This document shows, piece by piece, positions 57,720 through 64,000 of a DNA stretch of 64,000 bases. Position 1 is the stretch's first letter. Every line of letters begins with the position of its first letter. The DNA lies in IMG/VR virus record IMGVR_UViG_3300034418_007971, positions 7,489-71,488 of that record. One strand, 5' to 3'. This DNA is from a virus. Position numbers and translations under genes: made by a program. The notes beneath the pieces are model-generated. The model had not been told where the DNA came from and did no database searches. It saw only the letters and a list, made by a program, of their open reading frames with translations.

Positions 57720-58209
57720 CAAATTCAAATATAATATCGTCAACTTTTAAATCATAGTCTTCCATACCGATTAATTTTGCAATTTTTTCAAATTCCCTAC
57801 CCCATTTACCTCTACTACTTTTGAATTTTTGTTTAAAAATCTTGGTAAAACCTTCATATTGTGGGTCTTTAAAAAGTTTAGAAAATTCAGAACCACCCTC
57901 ACCAAAGGTTACGTTTTTTAGTACAACATCACAAGTTAACGCCTTATAAATTCTACCCATACTATTCATAACTGAAAACTTTTTAGGTATAAATTTAATT
58001 TCACCTTTTAACGGCATCGGGTCAGAAAACAGTACAATTTCAGTATTTATAGGTCTAAAAGTTGATAATAGAGGTAACCTATCTTTAAGAATCTCAGAGT
58101 CTTTTTTTAACCCTTCAATAGTTTCATCTCTATTTTTAATTACGTCATCGGCATAATAACCATCAGGTTTATTATAAAGATAGTTAGGTAAATCGATATC
58201 TAATTCCAT
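57712..58209 (-). CDS. Hypothetical protein
   Basis: 165 aa; late-like motif at 58214. Confidence 0.65.
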   Translation of the reverse strand: MELDIDLPNYLYNKPDGYYADDVIKNRDETIEGLKKDSEILKDRLPLLSTFRPINTEIVLFSDPMPLKGEIKFIPKKFSVMNSMGRIYKALTCDVVLKNVTFGEGGSEFSKLFKDPQYEGFTKIFKQKFKSSRGKWGREFEKIAKLIGMEDYDLKVDDIIFEFDE

Positions 58210-58221
58210 AACAAATAAATA

Positions 58222-59067
58222 TTACAAACTTTGTAACATTTCAATAAGTTTTGGATGTGGATATACGTCAAACTTATCTTTTCTAAAATTTGTGTGTGAC
58301 CATATACCTCCAGCCCCTTCATTTGCTAGTGGTTGATATTCAAAAGGTTTCCATTTTCCTCTCTTAGCATCAGTATATAATCTGAGTGCATAATTTGTAT
58401 TTCTACCGGGTAATCCATCTTCTATTAGTGGTTTTCCGTTCATACCTAAGTATCCTTTACTGTTTAAGAATTGTTGTTGTACTAAAATTGGTTTATTTTT
58501 TAGAGTTTCGTCAAAATCTTCAAATAACTCATTTATACCTTTACAAACATCTATTCCATATTTCTCAGATAAAGAATAAATTAGATATTTTGTCGACTCT
58601 ATTTGTTTATCAGTATAATTGTGATAATACCTATATCCTCTCCAATTTTTACCTAAATCTATTACATCTTCTTCAGGCACTAATGAGTTTACATAAGTAA
58701 AATATTCCCCATTTTGTGATTTTATAAGTGGACCATAATTACATATTTCAATACCGACTGATTGTTTATTTAATTGTGAGTTATTCGTGTTTTTAGTTCC
58801 TAAGTGGTGTGCCCAATATTTTAGGTCTAAAGCTTCAACAATAACACCATCCCATGTAGTGTCATTATCTCTAGTTGATTTGTTACCTATTATAAAATGA
58901 GTAGCTACCCTTAAAGATTTACCGCCCTTAGTCTTATCTCTATCCCAGCTAGAAACCACCCAATCAGGTCTGTGACTTCCTGCTGTATGATGTAAGACTA
59001 TAGAGTTTTTTTTGGTTTCCTCAGGAAAGTATTCATCTTCAGGTAGGTGTAGTTTCTTTATTTTCAT
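58222..59067 (-). CDS. N-acetylmuramoyl-L-alanine amidase (endolysin) with PG-binding insert
   Basis: IVLHHTAG, WAHHLG, SVGIEIC, YTDKQI, SH...RKDK.D; 'QQFLN...DGLPGRNT' PG-binding motif. Confidence 0.85.
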   Translation of the reverse strand: MKIKKLHLPEDEYFPEETKKNSIVLHHTAGSHRPDWVVSSWDRDKTKGGKSLRVATHFIIGNKSTRDNDTTWDGVIVEALDLKYWAHHLGTKNTNNSQLNKQSVGIEICNYGPLIKSQNGEYFTYVNSLVPEEDVIDLGKNWRGYRYYHNYTDKQIESTKYLIYSLSEKYGIDVCKGINELFEDFDETLKNKPILVQQQFLNSKGYLGMNGKPLIEDGLPGRNTNYALRLYTDAKRGKWKPFEYQPLANEGAGGIWSHTNFRKDKFDVYPHPKLIEMLQSL

Positions 59068-59092
59068 ACTTATATTATTATATTATATAAAT

Positions 59093-59674
59093 ATGAAAAA
59101 AGTCACTTTAATTATTCTGTCATTCCTTTTTGTTAACACATTATATTGTCAAGAAATTAGGAATATTTCAACTAAAACATTCATTGTTAAATACTCAGAA
59201 GAATTAGAACAACCTTTATATGTATTTTACAAAGTATTGTGCCCAAACGGAGAGGCGTCAAGAAGCGGATTAGACTTTGTATTATATGAAGGTGTTAATA
59301 CATCTAATGATGAGGACTATATTAATAACATATGGGATAAAGGTCACTTAGCGCCCGCAGGTGCGTTTAATTGTGATAGAGAAACTTTAAAAAGTACATT
59401 TAATTATTTAAATTGTGCTTTACAACATCAGTCATTAAATAGAGGACCATGGAGAGAACTTGAGGAATTTGAGAAAAATCTGTCAAAATTTTACGATTCT
59501 GTGATAGTATCTGTTGAATGTCATTTTAGTAAAAATTCTATAAAGTTACCTACAGGAGCAACAGTTCCTGATGGTTTTACAAAAATAATTAAGTGGGATG
59601 GAAGAGAAGAGTGTTTTTACTTCCCTAATGATGATGTTAAAGGTATTAATTGGATTGAATTTAGAATAAATTGA
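59093..59674 (+). CDS. Secreted DNA/RNA non-specific endonuclease
   Basis: Signal peptide MKKVTLII...; WDKGHLAPA, TF.Y.N..LQ..LNRGPW..LE, VP.GFTK. Confidence 0.88.
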   Translation: MKKVTLIILSFLFVNTLYCQEIRNISTKTFIVKYSEELEQPLYVFYKVLCPNGEASRSGLDFVLYEGVNTSNDEDYINNIWDKGHLAPAGAFNCDRETLKSTFNYLNCALQHQSLNRGPWRELEEFEKNLSKFYDSVIVSVECHFSKNSIKLPTGATVPDGFTKIIKWDGREECFYFPNDDVKGINWIEFRIN

Positions 59675-59726
59675 GTTGTCTATTGTCTAATAAGATATTT
59701 ATTACTAAATTTATAAAAAAATATTT

Positions 59727-60155
59727 ATGAAAGTTAAACAAGGAGATAGTGTAAAGGTCCATTACGTAGGCACTTTAAATGATGGAAATGAATTTGATAA
59801 TTCATATAAAAGAGGTTCTACTTTGGATTTTCAGGTTGGTGCAGGTCAAATGATTAAGGGTTTTGATAACGCACTTGTAGAAATGACTGTGGGTGACAAA
59901 AAAACAATAAACATTAAACCTGAAGATGCTTATGGCGACAGAAAAGAAGAAGCCATTATGTCAGTATCTAAAGAAAACTTTCCACCTGACTTTGTTGCTG
60001 TCGAGGGTGAGATGGTCCAAGGACGTACTGAGGGTGGACAACCTATTAACGCACTTATTATCGAAGTTCAAGATAACGATATTATTTTAGATATGAATCA
60101 CCCATTAGCAGGTGAAGAGTTGAATTTTGAAATTGAACTTGTAGAAATTTCTTAA
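59727..60155 (+). CDS. FKBP-type peptidyl-prolyl isomerase (SlyD/SlpA-like)
   Basis: V.VHY.G.L.DG..FD.S, G.GQMI.GFD, PEDAYG, DMNHPLAG..LNF. Confidence 0.92.
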   Translation: MKVKQGDSVKVHYVGTLNDGNEFDNSYKRGSTLDFQVGAGQMIKGFDNALVEMTVGDKKTINIKPEDAYGDRKEEAIMSVSKENFPPDFVAVEGEMVQGRTEGGQPINALIIEVQDNDIILDMNHPLAGEELNFEIELVEIS

Positions 60156-60202
60156 TTCAAAAAATATTGTTATCTTTATCATAAAGATTCTAATATCAAA
60201 AC

Positions 60203-60412
60203 ATGAGCAAAATTTCTTATGACGACTACTTGGGTGATGACCCGTTTTTCTCACCTTGTATTCATTGTGGATGTCCTGAATTTCATATGGATTGGGATGA
60301 AATGATTTACAAGTGTTCTGACTGTCATGAACCTATTGACGCAGATACGAGTAACTATGGAAAAGAAAAAAAGACCAAAGAAGGAGTTAAAAAATTTAAA
60401 GGAGAAGAGTAA
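60203..60412 (+). CDS. Small Zn-ribbon protein
   Basis: CIHCGC...YKCSDC. Confidence 0.6.
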   Translation: MSKISYDDYLGDDPFFSPCIHCGCPEFHMDWDEMIYKCSDCHEPIDADTSNYGKEKKTKEGVKKFKGEE

Positions 60413-60497
60413 GTCATACGACTGGAAAATAGATTACTACAATACCTCAGATATTGGTTATCCTGAGAATGATACCTATTTATCTGAAAATAAGTAA
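60357..60497 (+). CDS. Possible small hypothetical protein (46 aa)
   Basis: MEKKKRPKKELKNLKEKSKSYDWKIDYYNTSDIGYPENDTYLSENK; overlaps the previous ORF. Confidence 0.35.
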   Translation: MEKKKRPKKELKNLKEKSKSYDWKIDYYNTSDIGYPENDTYLSENK

Positions 60498-60621
60498 GTG
60501 AAGTTTGATAGTGTAGTAAGAAAGAAAATAATATTTTTTATTTTCTTTTTTATGCCCGGAGGGTTTTTATTACTATCTATTATGCTTTTTTGTGACGAAT
60601 TTATTTTAAAAAAAAATCAAA

Positions 60622-61110
60622 ATGAAAATAATACTAAATAAAACAATTCTATTATGTGTGACTGTTTTTTTAATTCCACTAACACCTCGTTTGTTTCATC
60701 CAAATGAAGTTATAAAGGTTTTTCATCTTAAACCTATCGAACCAATTACACCCAAAGAAGTTCAACGAGTACCACAAGATATTGTTATGAGTATGATACA
60801 AGTAGAAAGTAATGGTAACGATAGTGCATACAATAAATCAGAAGAAGCTGCAGGTTGTTTACAAATTAGACCTATTATGGTTAGGGAAGTCAATCGAATT
60901 TTAAGAAAAAATGGTGATATACGTAGGTTTAAATTGAAAGACCGTTGGGATAGAGAAAAGTCTTTACAGATGTTTTGGGTGTGGAGAGACTACCATCATC
61001 CAAATAGTACTGATGAGGTAATCGCTCGAAATTGGAATGGTGGACCTAATGGTTATAAGAAAAAATCTACAGAAAAGTATTGGGAAAAAGTTAGTAGTTG
61101 TTTGGAATAA
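60622..61110 (+). CDS. Lysozyme-like/lytic transglycosylase with N-terminal anchor
   Basis: IQVESNG...A.GCLQI...ARNWNGGP.G...T.KYW.KV; hydrophobic N-terminus. Confidence 0.75.
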   Translation: MKIILNKTILLCVTVFLIPLTPRLFHPNEVIKVFHLKPIEPITPKEVQRVPQDIVMSMIQVESNGNDSAYNKSEEAAGCLQIRPIMVREVNRILRKNGDIRRFKLKDRWDREKSLQMFWVWRDYHHPNSTDEVIARNWNGGPNGYKKKSTEKYWEKVSSCLE

Positions 61111-61132
61111 AGATAATTTTTTTGTATATTTG
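61101..61132 (+). promoter_or_regulatory. Bacteroidota-type promoter
   Basis: TTTG-N20-TATATTTG. Confidence 0.75.
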
Positions 61133-61150
61133 TAAGACAAAACGGAATTA

Positions 61151-61486
61151 ATGATTGTAGAAAAACTAACAACACGTCAGTACGGTAAACTGTTTAAACA
61201 ATTAGTGGGTGAAATCAAACCAGATAGTAGTGATTTTGATGGGGTAATAGAGATTACTCGTCTTCGTAAATATGAAGATATCAATGTTCGGTATCATGGT
61301 GGTGAAGTTGACGTTGTGTATCGTGGTAATATCTTAGCAGCTAATGGTAAATGGTATAACGGCAGTTCTTTTGGTCGAGGAAAAATTCGTAACTATTTTC
61401 GTCGCGAGTTGGGTAGTCGTATCGACATGTACACTCGTCCGTTTGGTATTGATAAAGTAAAAATTTGTAAAATCACATTTGAATAA
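61151..61486 (+). CDS. Basic hypothetical early protein
   Basis: 111 aa after a host-type promoter. Confidence 0.7.
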   Translation: MIVEKLTTRQYGKLFKQLVGEIKPDSSDFDGVIEITRLRKYEDINVRYHGGEVDVVYRGNILAANGKWYNGSSFGRGKIRNYFRRELGSRIDMYTRPFGIDKVKICKITFE

Positions 61487-62133
61487 TGGGTAAATATATT
61501 GTAAGATTTTATGGTTGGGAAGAAGAAATGCAAGGTTATAATCTCTCCCAAGAACAAGCAGATAAACTTGATGAAGCACTTAACAGTGGTGAATACGATT
61601 CATTGGATAGTATCGGAATGGATATTGAAGAAATTTTAGGAGTCGATTTCTTTGAAGGTGATGCGTTTTCTATGAGTAAGGCAAATTATCTACCAGATAA
61701 TACATATATTTTTGTTTATGATGAGAATGAAAATGAGTTGTTTTCATTTGGTTTAAATGATATGAGTGATATTGAAGACCATAATGAAGAATACGATTAT
61801 GAGGACGTAACTCAGATTGATTTTGTACCTGAAAAGGGTGGTGTTGAAAATGTACTCTTTACTTCGTCGTCAAATAAAGGAGGTCTTTATGAATTTCATA
61901 TTGAAAGTGACGAAGTACCTAAACCTGAAGATTTCTCAATTGTGACAGGTATGGTTGATATGATAGGATTGTATTATGAATTTATTGATGACGTTTTCTT
62001 TAAGGGTGAAAAACTTGAAATTGAGGAGTGGTTGGATAATCGTGGTAAAGGAATTTATCTACATTACACAAAACTTCAAGACCTTTATTATTATTGGGAA
62101 AAATATGGGATTAAAAACCCATACGTAGATTGA
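61486..62133 (+). CDS. Acidic hypothetical protein
   Basis: 215 aa, translationally coupled. Confidence 0.7.
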   Translation: MGKYIVRFYGWEEEMQGYNLSQEQADKLDEALNSGEYDSLDSIGMDIEEILGVDFFEGDAFSMSKANYLPDNTYIFVYDENENELFSFGLNDMSDIEDHNEEYDYEDVTQIDFVPEKGGVENVLFTSSSNKGGLYEFHIESDEVPKPEDFSIVTGMVDMIGLYYEFIDDVFFKGEKLEIEEWLDNRGKGIYLHYTKLQDLYYYWEKYGIKNPYVD

Positions 62134-62167
62134 CAATTAATTTTTAATGTTGTATCATTATACAACA

Positions 62168-62250
62168 GGAGAGATGCCAGAGTGGTTAATGGAGCAGTTT
62201 GCTAAACTGTCGTCGGTTTCGACGCGTGGGTTCGAATCCCACTCTCTCCG
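62168..62250 (+). tRNA. tRNA-Ser(GCT)
   Basis: GGAGAGA/TCTCTCC acceptor, G discriminator, anticodon loop TTGCTAA, long variable arm, GGTTCGAATCC; CCA not encoded. Confidence 0.93.
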
Positions 62251-62263
62251 CAAAATATAAGTT

Positions 62264-62395
62264 ATGGAAATTATATATAACTACATAGGTAAAGAACATC
62301 ATACGACATATGAAATATATGTTTCAGAAGATTTAATTAAGTCAATTACATATACAAAACCTTTTTATACCTATGGAAGCGACATTGAAATTTAA
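62264..62395 (+). CDS. Possible small hypothetical protein (43 aa)
   Basis: MEIIYNYIGKEHHTTYEIYVSEDLIKSITYTKPFYTYGSDIEI fills the gap after the tRNA. Confidence 0.4.
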   Translation: MEIIYNYIGKEHHTTYEIYVSEDLIKSITYTKPFYTYGSDIEI

Positions 62396-62630
62396 CTTGG
62401 ATGATTTTGACGACCGAATGGCACACCTTCGTTGTGTTAAGTCGTTGGATATGTGTCTCGTTTTGTTGGAACTTAGAAATTCATTTTCTGAAATGGAAAA
62501 CAAAGTTAATGTAACGGAACTACAAGGGAAACCTCCAATGACTCCTTATGAACTTATTGAGGAATTTAGGGTTAACTTTTATGAAACTATGTTATCCCAT
62601 AATGTTGATTTGGACGAGCTAATTACATGA
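62373..62630 (+). CDS. Hypothetical phage protein
   Basis: MEATLKFNL start is typical of small phage early proteins. Confidence 0.7.
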   Translation: MEATLKFNLDDFDDRMAHLRCVKSLDMCLVLLELRNSFSEMENKVNVTELQGKPPMTPYELIEEFRVNFYETMLSHNVDLDELIT

Positions 62631-62633
62631 ACT

Positions 62634-62900
62634 ATGAAAAATAAACTTACAACTCCCTTGCGAGAAATTATTGAGTTTGAGACATCTTGCAGTTATATGT
62701 TTGACTCAGACCACAGAATTGCCATGGCTCTTTTGGATTATGTGAGAAAGAACAAAACAGAATTTCTTGAAAAAGAAAGGAAATCATATTGTGACTTTTT
62801 TTACTTGGTATATGATGAAGATGAAAAATTTTCTGACTCAACCCACGAAGTTGTGGGAAAAGAATATGATAAGTTGTTTAACTCAAAAAATACTCATTAA
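62634..62900 (+). CDS. Hypothetical phage protein
   Basis: 88 aa; TP...L.KE...F.. pattern similar to the 63482 ORF. Confidence 0.65.
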   Translation: MKNKLTTPLREIIEFETSCSYMFDSDHRIAMALLDYVRKNKTEFLEKERKSYCDFFYLVYDEDEKFSDSTHEVVGKEYDKLFNSKNTH

Positions 62901-63000
62901 TGATGTAAATAATAGTGGTTTTGCGTGATTAATGATGCATTAAACATCAAAGAGAGTGGTTTTGCATGATTAATGATACATTATAACATAGAGAGACTTA

Positions 63001-63036
63001 AAGTTTGGAAAAACGAAAACTTTACACTATCTTTGT
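63001..63036 (+). promoter_or_regulatory. Bacteroidota-type promoter, copy 1 of a duplicated cassette
   Basis: AAGTTTGGAAAAACGAAAACTTTACACTATCTTTGT (TTTG-N20-TATCTTTG). Confidence 0.85.
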
Positions 63037-63065
63037 ACTGTTAAACAAATAAACAAACACACACC

Positions 63066-63425
63066 ATGAAAAACCCAATCATCAACCCCCAACACCGTAT
63101 TGACCAAGTTGTTTACCACTTTGACTTCAATACCGTATCAAAGGTTATTACGGCTCTCGGTCGTGAAAGTCTATACACCTCACTTACAGGTCATGAAACC
63201 TTCTCTGTTGAAACCTTGAAGGACTTCGTTACGATGGTCATGAACGAGGCGTTCAACTCATATGAAGATAGTCAATATGAATCGTTCCGGTATGAGAAGG
63301 GTTGGTTCTGTGTTACCATCCGCAACTACGGAGATGAGGCGATGGTCAACGTATCCTTCGTAATCGATGAGATGGATACTGTCACCAACGACGAAGAACT
63401 GAGTGAAGAACTGATGTCTCTTTAA
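63066..63425 (+). CDS. Hypothetical early protein
   Basis: 119 aa after a promoter. Confidence 0.7.
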   Translation: MKNPIINPQHRIDQVVYHFDFNTVSKVITALGRESLYTSLTGHETFSVETLKDFVTMVMNEAFNSYEDSQYESFRYEKGWFCVTIRNYGDEAMVNVSFVIDEMDTVTNDEELSEELMSL

Positions 63426-63481
63426 TGAGACATCTTTCTTCGGTTTTGCATCATTAATGATACATTAAACACCAAAGAGAG

Positions 63482-63694
63482 ATGAAAACACCAATGCAAC
63501 AGATGTTAGAACTCCTTGAAGAGTTGTTGGATAGCAAACCAACCCGAGCCGACCGCACTCGGTTTGAAACAGCGATTGCAAAAGCTAAAGAGTTGATTCA
63601 GGATGAGAAGAAGGTAATTATGAATGCTTATTGGGATGGAGGAAGATACCTAAATGCGGATGATTACTACAAAGAAACCTTTAACACCAAATAG
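63482..63694 (+). CDS. Hypothetical phage protein ending KETFNTK
   Basis: MKTPMQ...EK..I.NAY....A.DYY.ETFNTK. Confidence 0.7.
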   Translation: MKTPMQQMLELLEELLDSKPTRADRTRFETAIAKAKELIQDEKKVIMNAYWDGGRYLNADDYYKETFNTK

Positions 63695-63696
63695 AA

Positions 63697-63921
63697 ATGA
63701 ACGAAGTACAAATCTTTATTAATAGACTCAAAAAAATAGGGATTGAACTTGAACTAATGGGTAATGTACCTTGGATTTATTTATCTAAGGTAAATGGTAA
63801 TACCATACAACCTGAAGATTACAATGCTAATCACGGTTATACTATCGCATGGAATAGGGACAAGATTGAATTGGATTCTGATACCAAACGAATATTCCAA
63901 GTGATTAGGAAATACAAATAA
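63697..63921 (+). CDS. Hypothetical phage protein
   Basis: RLKKIGIELEL.GN.PWIYL..VNG. Confidence 0.7.
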   Translation: MNEVQIFINRLKKIGIELELMGNVPWIYLSKVNGNTIQPEDYNANHGYTIAWNRDKIELDSDTKRIFQVIRKYK

Positions 63922-63956
63922 AGTTTGGAAAAACGAAAACTTTACCCTATCTTTGT
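63921..63956 (+). promoter_or_regulatory. Bacteroidota-type promoter, copy 2
   Basis: 35/36 identical to 63001-63036. Confidence 0.85.
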
Positions 63957-63975
63957 GAAACAATAAACAAAACAC

Positions 63976-64000
63976 ATGGCAAAAGAAAAACTCTATCGTA
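63976..64000 (+). CDS. Start of a CDS truncated by the window end
   Basis: ATG GCA AAA GAA AAA CTC TAT CGT after the promoter. Confidence 0.5.

Larger units (their letters stand above)
62917..63481 (+). repeat. About 41-bp dispersed repeat with palindromic core, three copies
   Basis: GGTTTTGCRTSATTAATGATRCATTA...AGAG at 62917, 62958 and 63442. Confidence 0.85.

Noticed and set aside
12595-59093. TATAAATA as T4-orientation late promoters on the + strand
   Set aside because: In tandem minus-strand operons they would fire antisense into upstream genes; plus-strand late genes show the TATTTAT orientation instead.
60498-60600. Possible structured ncRNA upstream of the lysozyme-like gene
   Set aside because: Only an AT-rich hairpin (AAGAAAATAA/TTATTTTCTT); too weak to call.
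62917-63481. Repeats as a CRISPR array
   Set aside because: Two copies abut without a spacer and the third is about 480 bp away; no regular repeat-spacer pattern and no cas genes.
1-64000. Stop-codon reassignment (alternative genetic code)
   Set aside because: Core genes are full length in code 11, coding density is high, and no suppressor tRNA is seen.

Overview
AT-rich 64-kb segment of a T4-like jumbo phage (myovirus-type) that almost certainly infects a Bacteroidota host, probably Flavobacteriia. Host evidence: many TTTG-N19/20-TAnnTTTG promoters, no Shine-Dalgarno sequences, a Bacteroidota-type bS21, a tmRNA with a GE...AA tag, and T9SS genes. The window holds the head module (major capsid, scaffold, prohead protease, portal, terminase), a gp55-like late sigma factor, a gp5-like baseplate spike, glycosyltransferases, PhoH, an N-domain-less ClpC with a divergent double-UVR adaptor, tmRNA, tRNA-Ser(GCT), bS21, amidase, RmlC, FKBP and a PPK2 polyprotein. 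The most striking observations are: (1) a phage-encoded type IX secretion type-B cargo adhesin together with a PorP/SprF-family adaptor, both under a putative late promoter, suggesting the phage borrows the host T9SS; (2) about 18 late genes sharing N-terminal helical tags with (L/I)-x-E prohead-protease-type sites, suggesting a large tagged capsid-cargo set; (3) a proteostasis module made of a tmRNA with a 21-aa tag plus ClpC, its adaptor and palindromic operators; (4) a late-promoter motif (A)TATTTAT one base away from the host -7 element. All calls come from motif recognition by eye; no searches were run.
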